Source: Eledone cirrhosa (lineage: Eukaryota). From it: a stretch of 64,000 nt of DNA. A program made the translations under genes and the position numbers. Location: contig OZ024742.1 in NCBI GenBank assembly GCA_964016885.1, forward strand, positions 139,066,001 to 139,130,000, read 5' to 3'. Under the pieces are notes generated by a model. The model was not told the origin of the DNA. It made no database searches and saw nothing but the letters and a program-made list of their open reading frames with translations. Positions 51,801 through 64,000 of this stretch are shown here, piece by piece (positions within the stretch are counted from its first letter, which is position 1; the number at the start of each line of letters is the position of its first letter).

Positions 51801-54800
51801 CTGGCGTTACATAGACAGTATTGGTGTGAGGGCAGTGTTCTTCAACTGGCGTTACATAGACAGTATTGATGTGACGCCAGTGTATTTCAACTGGGGTTAC
51901 ATAGACAGTATTGGTGTGAGGGCAGTGTGCTTCAAATGGCGTTACATAGACAGTATTGGTGTGACAGCAGTATACTTCAACTGGCGTTACATAGACAGTA
52001 TTGGTGTGACGGCAGTATACTTCAACTGGCGTTACATAGACAGTATTGGTGTGACGGCAGTATACTTCAACTGGCGTTACATAGACAGAGTTGGTGTGAC
52101 GGCAGTGTAATTCAACTGGCGTTACATAGACAGTATTGGTGTGACGGCAGTGTACTTCAACTGGCGTCACATAGAGAGTATTGGTCTGAGGGCAGTGTAC
52201 TTCAACTGGCGTTACATAGACAGTATTGGTGAGAGGGCAGTGTACTTCAACTGGCGTTACATAGACGGTATTGGTGTGACGACAGTGTACTTCAACTGGC
52301 GTTACATAGACAGTATTGGTGTGAGGGCAGTGTGCTTCAAATGGCGTTACATAGACAGTATTGGTGTGACGGCAGTGTACTTCAACTGTTGTCACATAGA
52401 CTATATTGGTGAGACGACAGTATAATTCAACTGATGTTACATAGACAGTATTGGTGTGACGGCAGTGTACTTCAACTGGCGTTACATAAACAGTATTGAT
52501 TTGACGGCAGTGTACTTCAACTGGCGTTATATAGACAGTATTGGTGTGACGACAGTGTACTTCAACTGGCGTTACATGGACAGTATTGGTGTGACGGCAG
52601 TGTACGTCAACTGGCGTTACATAGACGGTATTGGTGTGACGGCAGTATACTTCAACTGGCGTTACATAGACAGTATTGGTGTGAGGGCAGTGTACTTCAA
52701 CTGGCGTTACATGGACAGTATTGGTGTGACGGCAGTGTACTTCAACTGGCGTTACATAGACAGTATTGGTGTGATGGCAGTGTAATTCAACTGGCGTCAC
52801 GTAGACAGTATTTGTGTGACGGCAGTATACTTCAACTGGTGTTACATAGACAGTATTGTTGTGACGGCAGTATACTTCAACTGGGGTTACATAGACAGTA
52901 TTGGTGTGACGGCAGTTTACTTCAACTGGCGTTACATAGACAGTATTGGTGAGAGGGCAGTGTACTTCAACTGGCGTTACATAGACAGTATTGGTGTGAG
53001 GGCAGTGTTCTTCAACTGGCGTTACATAGACAGTATTGATGTGACGGCAGTGTATTTCAACTGGGGTTACATAGACAGTATTGGTGTGAGGGCAGTGTGC
53101 TTCAAATGGCGTTACATAGACAGTATTGGTGTGACAGCAGTATACTTCAACTGGCGTTACATAGACAGTATTGGTGTGACGGCAGTATACTTCAACTGGC
53201 GTTACATAGACAGTATTGGTGTGACGGCAGTATACTTCAACTGGCGTTACATAGACAGAGTTGGTGTGACGGCAGTGTAATTCAACTGGCGTTACATAGA
53301 CAGTATTGGTGTGACGGCAGTGTACTTCAACTGGCGTCACATAGAGAGTATTGGTGTGAGGGCAGTGTACTTCAACTGGCGTTACATAGACAGTATTGGT
53401 GAGAGGGCAGTGTACTTCAACTGGCGTTACATAGACGGTATTGGTGTGACGACAGTGTACTTCAACTGGCGTTACATAGACAGTATTGGTGTGAGGGCAG
53501 TGTGCTTCAAATGGCGTTACATAGACAGTATTGGTGTGACGGCAGTGTACTTCAACTGGCATTACATAGACAGTATTGGTGTGACGGCAGTGTACTTCAA
53601 CTGGCATCACATAGACAGTATTTGTGTGACGACAGTATACTTCAACTGGCGTTACATAGACAGTATTGGTGTGAGGGCAGTGTACTTCAACTGGCGTTAC
53701 ATAGATAGTATTGGTGTGACGGCATTATAATTCAAATGGCGTTACATAGACAGTATTGGTGAGAGGGCAGTGTACTTCAACTGGTGTTACATAGACAGTA
53801 TTGGTGTGAGGGCAATGTGCTTCAACGGGTGTTACATAGACAGTATTGATGTGACGGCAGTGTACTTCAACTGGCGTTACATAGACAGTATTTGTGTGAG
53901 GGAAGTGTGCTTCAAATGGCGTTACATAGACAGTATTGGTGTGACGGCAGTGTACTTCAACTGTTGTCACATAGACTATATTAGTGAGACGACAGTATAA
54001 TTCAACTGATGTTACATAGACAGTATTGGTGTGACGGCAGTGTACTTCAACTGGCGTTACATAAACAGTATTGATTTGACGGCAGTGTACTTCAACTGGC
54101 GTTACATAGACAGTATTGATTTGACGGCAGTGTACTTCAACTGGCGTTACATAGACAGTATTGGTGAGACGACAGTATAATTCAACTGGCGTTACATAGA
54201 CAGCATTGGTGTGACGGCAGTGTACTTCAACTGGCATCACATAGACAGTATTTGTGTGACGGCAGTATACTTCAACTGGCGTTACATAGACAGTATTGGT
54301 GTTACTGCAATGTACTTCCACTGGTGTTACATAGAGAGTATTGGTGTGACGGTAGTGTACTTCAACTGGCGTTACATAGACAGTATTGGTGAGAGGGCAG
54401 TGTATTTCAAGTGGTGTTACATAGACAGTATTGGTGAGAGGGCAGTGTACTTCAACTGTTGTTACATAGACATTATTGGTGTGACGGCAGTGTACTTCAA
54501 CTGGTGTTACATAGACAGTATTGGTGTGAGGGAAGTGTACTTGAAGTGGCATTACATAGACAGTATTGGTGTGACGGCAGTGTACTTCAACTGGCGTTAC
54601 ATAGACAGTATTGGTGTGACGGCAGTGTACTTCAACTGGCGTTACATAGACAGTATTGGTGAGAGGGCAGTGTACTTCAACTGGTGTTACATAGACAGTA
54701 TTGTTGTGACGGCAGTATACTTCAACTGGGGTTACATAGACAGTATTGGTGTGACGGCAGTTTACTTCAACTGGCGTTACATAGACAGTATTGGTGAGAG

Positions 54801-57800
54801 GGCAGTGTACTTCAACTGGCGTTACATAGACAGTATTGGTGTGAGGGCAGTGTTCTTCAACTGGCGTTACATAGACAGTATTGATGTGACGGCAGTGTAT
54901 TTCAACTGGGGTTACATAGACAGTATTGGTGTGAGGGCAGTGTGCTTCAAATGGCGTTACATAGACAGTATTGGTGTGACAGCAGTATACTTCAACTGGC
55001 GTTACATAGACAGTATTGGTGTGACGGCAGTATACTTCAACTGGCGTTACATAGACAGTATTGGTGTGACGGCAGTATACTTCAACTGGCGTTACATAGA
55101 CAGAGTTGGTGTGACGGCAGTGTAATTCAACTGGCGTTACATAGACAGTATTGGTGTGACGGCAGTGTACTTCAACTGGCGTCACATAGAGAGTATTGGT
55201 GTGAGGGCAGTGTACTTCAACTGGCGTTACATAGACAGTATTGGTGAGAGGGCAGTGTACTTCAACTGGCGTTACATAGACGGTATTGGTGTGACGACAG
55301 TGTACTTCAACTGGCGTTACATAGACAGTATTGGTGTGAGGGCAGTGTGCTTCAAATGGCGTTACATAGACAGTATTGGTGTGACGGCAGTGTACTTCAA
55401 CTGGCATTACATAGACAGTATTGGTGTGACGGCAGTGTACTTCAACTGGCATCACATAGACAGTATTTGTGTGACGACAGTATACTTCAACTGGCGTTAC
55501 ATAGACAGTATTGGTATGAGGGCAGTGTACTTCAACTGGCGTTACATAGATAGTATTGGTGTGACGGCATTATAATTCAAATGGCGTTACATAGACAGTA
55601 TTGGTGAGAGGGCAGTGTACTTCAACTGGTGTTACATAGACAGTATTGGTGTGAGGGCAATGTGCTTCAACGGGTGTTACATAGACAGTATTGATGTGAC
55701 GGCAGTGTACTTCAACTGGCGTTACATAGACAGTATTTGTGTGAGGGAAGTGTGCTTCAAATGGTGTTACATAGACAGTATTGGTGTGACGGCAGTGTAC
55801 TTCAACTGTTGTCACATAGACTATATTGGTGAGACGACAGTATAATTCAACTGATGTTACATAGACAGTATTGGTGTGACGGCAGTGTACTTCAACTGGC
55901 GTTACATAAACAGTATTGATTTGACGGCAGTGTACTTCAACTGGCGTTATATAGACAGTATTGGTGTGACGACAGTGTACTTCAACTGGCGTTACATAGA
56001 CAGTATTGGTGTGACGGCAGTGTACGTCAACTGGCGTTACATAGACGGTATTGGTGTGACGGCAGTATACTTCAACTGGCGTTACATAGACAGTATTGGT
56101 GTGAGGGCAGTGTACTTCAACTGGCGTTACATGGACAGTATTGGTGTGACGGCAGTGTACTTCAACTGGCGTTACATAGACAGTATTGGTGTGATGGCAG
56201 TGTAATTCAACTGGCGTCACGTAGACAGTATTTGTGTGACGGCAGTATACTTCAACTGGCGTTACATAGACAGTATTGGTGTGAAGGCAGTATACTTCAA
56301 CTGGCATTACATAAACAGTATTGGTATGACGGTAGTGTATTTCAACTGGCGTTATATAGACAGTATTGGTGTGAGGCAAGTGTACTTCAAATGGCGTTAC
56401 ATAGACAGTATTGGTGTGACGGCAGCGTACTTCAACTGGCGTTACATAGACAGTATTGGTGAGAGGGCAGTGTACTTCAACTGGTGTTACATAGACAGTA
56501 TTGTTGTGACGGCAGTATACTTCAACTGGGGTTACATAGACAGTATTGGTGTGACGGCAGTTTACTTCAACTGGCGTTACATAGACAGTATTGGTGAGAG
56601 GGCAGTGTACTTCAACTGGCGTTACATAGACAGTATTGGTGTGAGGGCAGTGTTCTTCAACTGGCGTTACATAGACAGTATTGATGTGACGGCAGTGTAT
56701 TTCAACTGGGGTTACATAGACAGTATTGGTGTGAGGGCAGTGTGCTTCAAATGGCGTTACATAGACAGTATTGGTGTGACAGCAGTATACTTCAACTGGC
56801 GTTACATAGACAGTATTGGTGTGACGGCAGTATACTTCAACTGGCGTTACATAGACAGTATTGGTGTGACGGCAGTATACTTCAACTGGCGTTACATAGA
56901 CAGAGTTGGTGTGACGGCAGTGTAATTCAACTGGCGTTACATAGACAGTATTGGTGTGACGGCAGTGTACTTCAACTGGCGTCACATAGAGAGTATTGGT
57001 GTGAGGGCAGTGTACTTCAACTGGCGTTACATAGACAGTATTGGTGAGAGGGCAGTGTACTTCAACTGGCGTTACATAGACGGTATTGGTGTGACGACAG
57101 TGTACTTCAACTGGCGTTACATAGACAGTATTGGTGTGAGGGCAGTGTGCTTCAAATGGCGTTACATAGACAGTATTGGTGTGACGGCAGTGTACTTCAA
57201 CTGGCATTACATAGACAGTATTGGTGTGACGGCAGTGTACTTCAACTGGCATCACATAGACAGTATTTGTGTGACGACAGTATACTTCAACTGGCGTTAC
57301 ATAGACAGTATTGGTGTGAGGGCAGTGTACTTCAACTGGCGTTACATAGATAGTATTGGTGTGACGGCATTATAATTCAAATGGCGTTACATAGACAGTA
57401 TTGGTGAGAGGGCAGTGTACTTCAACTGGTGTTACATAGACAGTATTGGTGTGAGGGCAATGTGCTTCAACGGGTGTTACATAGACAGTATTGATGTGAC
57501 GGCAGTGTACTTCAACTGGCGTTATATAGACAGTATTTGTGTGAGGGAAGTGTGCTTCAAATGGCGTTACATAGACAGTATTGGTGTGACGGCAGTGTAC
57601 TTCAACTGTTGTCACATAGACTATATTGGTGAGACGACAGTATAATTCAACTGATGTTACATAGACAGTATTGGTGTGACGGCAGTGTACTTCAACTGGC
57701 GTTACATAAACAGTATTGATTTGACGGCAGTGTACTTCAACTGGCGTTATATAGACAGTATTGGTGTGACGACAGTGTACTTCAACTGGCGTTACATAGA

Positions 57801-60800
57801 CAGTATTGGTGTGACGGCAGTGTACGTCAACTGGCGTTACATAGACGGTATTGGTGTGACGGCAGTATACTTCAACTGGCGTTACATAGACAGTATTGGT
57901 GTGAGGGCAGTGTACTTCAACTGGCGTTACATGGACAGTATTGGTGTGACGGCAGTGTACTTCAACTGGCGTTACATAGACAGTATTGGTGTGATGGCAG
58001 TGTAATTAAACTGGCGTCACGTAGACAGTATTTGTGTGACGGCAGTATACTTCAACTGGCGTTACATAGACAGTATTGGTGTGAAGGCAGTATACTTCAA
58101 CTGGCATTACATAAACAGTATTGGTGTGACGGTAGTGTACTTCAACTGGCGTTATATAGACAGTATTGGTGTGAGGCAAGTGTACTTCAAATGGCGTTAC
58201 ATAGACAGTATTGGTGTGACGGCAGCGTACTTCAACTGGCGTTACATAGACAGTATTTGTGTGACGGCAGTATACTTCAACTGGCGTTACATAGACAGTA
58301 TTGGTGTTACTGCAATGTACTTCCACTGGTGTTACATAGAGAGAATTGGTGTGACGGTAGTGTACTTCAACTGGCGTTACATAGACAGTATTGGTGATAC
58401 GGCAATGTACTTCCACTTGTGTTACATAGACAGTATTGGTGTGACGGCAGTGTACTTCAACTGGCGTTACATAGACAGTATTGGTGTGAGGGCAATGTAC
58501 TTCAACTGGCGTTACATAGAAAGTATTCATGTGACGGCTGTGTACTTCAACTGGCGTTACATAGACAGTATTGGTGTGAGGGCAGTGTGCTTCAAATGGC
58601 GTTACTTAGACAGTATTCGTGTGAGGGCAGTATATTTCAATTGGCGTTACATAGACAGTATTGATGTGACGGCAGTGTACTTCAACTGGCGTTACATATA
58701 CAGTATTCGTGTGACGGCTGTGTACTTCAACTGGCGTCACATAGACTATATTGGTGAGACGACAGTATACTTCAACTGGCGTTACATAAACAGTATTGGT
58801 GTGACGGAAGTGTACTTCAGCTGGCGTTACATAGACAGTATTGGTGTGACGGCAGTGTACATCAACTGGCGTTACATAGACAGTATTGGTGAGAGGGCAG
58901 TGTATTTCAACTGGTGTTACATAGACAGTATTGGTGAGAGGGCAGTGTACTTCAACTGTTGTTACATAGACATTATTGGTGTGACGGCAGTGTACTTCAA
59001 CTGGTGTTACATAGACAGTATTGGTGTGAGGGAAGTGTACTTGAAGTGGCATTACATAGACAGTATTGGTGTGACGGCAGTGTACTTCAACTGGCGTTAC
59101 ATAGACAGTATTGGTGTGACGGCAGTGTACTTCAACTGGCGTTACATAGACAGTATTGGTGAGAGGGCAGTGTACTTCAACTGGTGTTACATAGACAGTA
59201 TTGTTGTGACGGCAGTATACTTCAACTGGGGTTACATAGACAGTATTGGTGTGACGGCAGTTTACTTCAACTGGCGTTACATAGACAGTATTGGTGAGAG
59301 GGCAGTGTACTTCAACTGGCGTTACATAGACAGTATTGGTGTGAGGGCAGTGTTCTTCAACTGGCGTTACATAGACAGTATTGATGTGACGCCAGTGTAT
59401 TTCAACTGGGGTTACATAGACAGTATTGGTGTGAGGGCAGTGTGCTTCAAATGGCGTTACATAGACAGTATTGGTGTGACAGCAGTATACTTCAACTGGC
59501 GTTACATAGACAGTATTGGTGTGACGGCAGTATACTTCAACTGGCGTTACATAGACAGTATTGGTGTGACGGCAGTATACTTCAACTGGCGTTACATAGA
59601 CAGAGTTGGTGTGACGGCAGTGTAATTCAACTGGCGTTACATAGACAGTATTGGTGTGACGGCAGTGTACTTCAACTGGCGTCACATAGAGAGTATTGGT
59701 CTGAGGGCAGTGTACTTCAACTGGCGTTACATAGACAGTATTGGTGAGAGGGCAGTGTACTTCAACTGGCGTTACATAGACGGTATTGGTGTGACGACAG
59801 TGTACTTCAACTGGCGTTACATAGACAGTATTGGTGTGAGGGCAGTGTGCTTCAAATGGCGTTACATAGACAGTATTGGTGTGACGGCAGTGTACTTCAA
59901 CTGTTGTCACATAGACTATATTGGTGAGACGACAGTATAATTCAACTGATGTTACATAGACAGTATTGGTGTGACGGCAGTGTACTTCAACTGGCGTTAC
60001 ATAAACAGTATTGATTTGACGGCAGTGTACTTCAACTGGCGTTATATAGACAGTATTGGTGTGACGACAGTGTACTTCAACTGGCGTTACATGGACAGTA
60101 TTGGTGTGACGGCAGTGTACGTCAACTGGCGTTACATAGACGGTATTGGTGTGACGGCAGTATACTTCAACTGGCGTTACATAGACAGTATTGGTGTGAG
60201 GGCAGTGTACTTCAACTGGCGTTACATGGACAGTATTGGTGTGACGGCAGTGTACTTCAACTGGCGTTACATAGACAGTATTGGTGTGATGGCAGTGTAA
60301 TTCAACTGGCGTCACGTAGACAGTATTTGTGTGACGGCAGTATACTTCAACTGGTGTTACATAGACAGTATTGTTGTGACGGCAGTATACTTCAACTGGG
60401 GTTACATAGACAGTATTGGTGTGACGGCAGTTTACTTCAACTGGCGTTACATAGACAGTATTGGTGAGAGGGCAGTGTACTTCAACTGGCGTTACATAGA
60501 CAGTATTGGTGTGAGGGCAGTGTTCTTCAACTGGCGTTACATAGACAGTATTGATGTGACGGCAGTGTATTTCAACTGGGGTTACATAGACAGTATTGGT
60601 GTGAGGGCAGTGTGCTTCAAATGGCGTTACATAGACAGTATTGGTGTGACAGCAGTATACTTCAACTGGCGTTACATAGACAGTATTGGTGTGACGGCAG
60701 TATACTTCAACTGGCGTTACATAGACAGTATTGGTGTGACGGCAGTATACTTCAACTGGCGTTACATAGACAGAGTTGGTGTGACGGCAGTGTAATTCAA

Positions 60801-63800
60801 CTGGCGTTACATAGACAGTATTGGTGTGACGGCAGTGTACTTCAACTGGCGTCACATAGAGAGTATTGGTGTGAGGGCAGTGTACTTCAACTGGCGTTAC
60901 ATAGACAGTATTGGTGAGAGGGCAGTGTACTTCAACTGGCGTTACATAGACGGTATTGGTGTGACGACAGTGTACTTCAACTGGCGTTACATAGACAGTA
61001 TTGGTGTGAGGGCAGTGTGCTTCAAATGGCGTTACATAGACAGTATTGGTGTGACGGCAGTGTACTTCAACTGGCATTACATAGACAGTATTGGTGTGAC
61101 GGCAGTGTACTTCAACTGGCATCACATAGACAGTATTTGTGTGACGACAGTATACTTCAACTGGCGTTACATAGACAGTATTGGTGTGAGGGCAGTGTAC
61201 TTCAACTGGCGTTACATAGATAGTATTGGTGTGACGGCATTATAATTCAAATGGCGTTACATAGACAGTATTGGTGAGAGGGCAGTGTACTTCAACTGGT
61301 GTTACATAGACAGTATTGGTGTGAGGGCAATGTGCTTCAACGGGTGTTACATAGACAGTATTGATGTGACGGCAGTGTACTTCAACTGGCGTTACATAGA
61401 CAGTATTTGTGTGAGGGAAGTGTGCTTCAAATGGCGTTACATAGACAGTATTGGTGTGACGGCAGTGTACTTCAACTGTTGTCACATAGACTATATTGGT
61501 GAGACGACAGTATAATTCAACTGATGTTACATAGACAGTATTGGTGTGACGGCAGTGTACTTCAACTGGCGTTACATAAACAGTATTGATTTGACGGCAG
61601 TGTACTTCAACTGGCGTTATATAGACAGTATTGGTGTGACGACAGTGTACTTCAACTGGCGTTACATAGACAGTATTGGTGTGACGGCAGTGTACGTCAA
61701 CTGGCGTTACATAGACGGTATTGGTGTGACGGCAGTATACTTCAACTGGCGTTACATAGACAGTATTGGTGTGAGGGCAGTGTACTTCAACTGGCGTTAC
61801 ATGGACAGTATTGGTGTGACGGCAGTGTACTTCAACTGGCGTTACATAGACAGTATTGGTGTGATGGCAGTGTAATTCAACTGGCGTCACGTAGACAGTA
61901 TTTGTGTGACGGCAGTATACTTCAACTGGCGTTACATAGACAGTATTGGTGTGAAGGCAGTATACTTCAACTGGCATTACATAAACAGTATTGGTGTGAC
62001 GGTAGTGTACTTCAACTGGCGTTATATAGACAGTATTGGTGTGAGGCAAGTGTACTTCAAATGGCGTTACATAGACAGTATTGGTGTGACGGCAGTGTAC
62101 TTCAACTGGCGTTACATAGACAGTATTTGTGTGACGGCAGTATACTTCAACTGGCGTTACATAGACAGTATTGGTGTTACTGCAATGTACTTCCACTGGT
62201 GTTACATAGAGAGAATTGGTGTGACGGTAGTGTACTTCAACTGGCGTTACATAGACAGTATTGGTGATACGGCAATGTACTTCCACTTGTGTTACATAGA
62301 CAGTATTGGTGTGACGGCAGTGTACTTCAACTGGCGTTACATAGACAGTATTGGTGTGAGGGCAATGTACTTCAACTGGCGTTACATAGAAAGTATTCAT
62401 GTGACGGCTGTGTACTTCAACTGGCGTTACATAGACAGTATTGGTGTGAGGGCAGTGTGCTTCAAATGGCGTTACTTAGACAGTATTCGTGTGAGGGCAG
62501 TATATTTCAATTGGCGTTACATAGACAGTATTGATGTGACGGCAGTGTACTTCAACTGGCGTTACATATACAGTATTCGTGTGACGGCTGTGTACTTCAA
62601 CTGGCGTCACATAGACTATATTGGTGAGACGACAGTATACTTCAACTGGCGTTACATAAACAGTATTGGTGTGACGGAAGTGTACTTCAGCTGGCGTTAC
62701 ATAGACAGTATTGGTGTGACGGCAGTGTACATCAACTGGCGTTACATAGACAGTATTGGTGAGAGGGCAGTGTATTTCAACTGGTGTTACATAGACAGTA
62801 TTGGTGAGAGGGCAGTGTACTTCAACTGTTGTTACATAGACATTATTGGTGTGACGGCAGTGTACTTCAACTGGTGTTACATAGACAGTATTGGTGTGAG
62901 GGAAGTGTACTTGAAGTGGCATTACATAGACAGTATTGGTGTGACGGCAGTGTACTTCAACTGGCGTTACATAGACAGTATTGGTGTGACGGCAGTGTAC
63001 TTCAACTGGCGTTACATAGACAGTATTGGTGAGAGGGCAGTGTACTTCAACTGGTGTTACATAGACAGTATTGTTGTGACGGCAGTATACTTCAACTGGG
63101 GTTACATAGACAGTATTGGTGTGACGGCAGTTTACTTCAACTGGCGTTACATAGACAGTATTGGTGAGAGGGCAGTGTACTTCAACTGGCGTTACATAGA
63201 CAGTATTGGTGTGAGGGCAGTGTTCTTCAACTGGCGTTACATAGACAGTATTGATGTGACGCCAGTGTATTTCAACTGGGGTTACATAGACAGTATTGGT
63301 GTGAGGGCAGTGTGCTTCAAATGGCGTTACATAGACAGTATTGGTGTGACAGCAGTATACTTCAACTGGCGTTACATAGACAGTATTGGTGTGACGGCAG
63401 TATACTTCAACTGGCGTTACATAGACAGTATTGGTGTGACGGCAGTATACTTCAACTGGCGTTACATAGACAGAGTTGGTGTGACGGCAGTGTAATTCAA
63501 CTGGCGTTACATAGACAGTATTGGTGTGACGGCAGTGTACTTCAACTGGCGTCACATAGAGAGTATTGGTGTGAGGGCAGTGTACTTCAACTGGCGTTAC
63601 ATAGACAGTATTGGTGAGAGGGCAGTGTACTTCAACTGGCGTTACATAGACGGTATTGGTGTGACGACAGTGTACTTCAACTGGCGTTACATAGACAGTA
63701 TTGGTGTGAGGGCAGTGTGCTTCAAATGGCGTTACATAGACAGTATTGGTGTGACGGCAGTTTACTTCAACTGTTGTCACATAGACTATATTGGTGAGAC

Positions 63801-64000
63801 GACAGTATAATTCAACTGATGTTACATAGACAGTATTGGTGTGACGGCAGTGTACTTCAACTGGCGTTACATAAACAGTATTGATTTGACGGCAGTGTAC
63901 TTCAACTGGCGTTATATAGACAGTATTGGTGTGACGACAGTGTACTTCAACTGGCGTTACATGGACAGTATTGGTGTGACGGCAGTGTACGTCAACTGGC
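45830..64000. repeat. Higher-order repeat domain 2: 7515-bp (167-mer) duplication with internal 1800-bp (40-mer) and 3870-bp (86-mer) sub-periods; no net indel
   Basis: Matching pseudo-ORFs at 46696/54211, 48055/55570, 50521/58036 and 51091/58606 (offset 7515 = 167x45); 47641/49441 (1800); 58036/61906 (3870). The monomer phase is constant from 45841 to the end. Confidence 0.9.

Larger units (their letters stand above)
13487..64000. repeat. 45-bp satellite DNA array (~1,120 monomers, continues beyond the window)
   Basis: Consensus GTGTGACGGCAGTGTACTTCAACTGGCGTTACATAGACAGTATTG, repeated head-to-tail in one orientation. The first one or two units are degenerate (13487-13542). No foreign insertion was seen. 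Confidence 0.99.

Noticed and set aside
13470-64000. Very long ORFs (up to 1089 aa) of HTNTVYVTPVEVHCR, TAVYFNWRYIDSIGV or CDGSVLQLALHRQYW repeats as a giant repetitive protein gene
   Set aside because: The unit is 45 bp (3n) and its consensus lacks stops in these three frames on both strands, so long ORFs are expected. Frames are broken by scattered stops and indels that are copied along with the HORs, and there is no unique N- or C-terminal domain. Ribo-seq or proteomics would be needed to revive the idea.
13543-64000. CRISPR-like array (palindromic repeat plus spacer)
   Set aside because: The 13-nt linker between palindromes is constant rather than a set of unique spacers, there are no cas genes, and the context is eukaryotic TE-rich DNA.

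Overview
AT-rich eukaryotic repeat DNA with no intact host gene. The SINE and RTE sequences resemble those of octopus/cephalopod genomes, but that assignment is an inference. Bases 1-13.5 kb hold decayed transposons: a disrupted Helitron Rep-helicase gene followed by a 51-bp minisatellite, three short non-autonomous Helitrons (one keeps a Pif1 helicase C-terminal fragment), tRNA-derived SINEs, a degenerate Tc1/mariner element and a 5'-truncated RTE LINE. This part also has microsatellites and a perfect 190-bp-arm palindrome inside (TA)n that looks like a Penelope-like terminus carrying a variant hammerhead-ribozyme motif. From about 13.5 kb to the window end (about 50.5 kb, about 1,120 monomers, open-ended) lies one 45-bp satellite array. 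Its monomer is partly palindromic and is organised into nested higher-order repeats that lengthen and homogenise inward (673, ~1080, ~2025, 4676/7419 and 7515 bp), a layered layout typical of (peri)centromeric arrays. The many long repetitive ORFs in the array are by-products of a 45-bp (3n) unit and are not called as genes.
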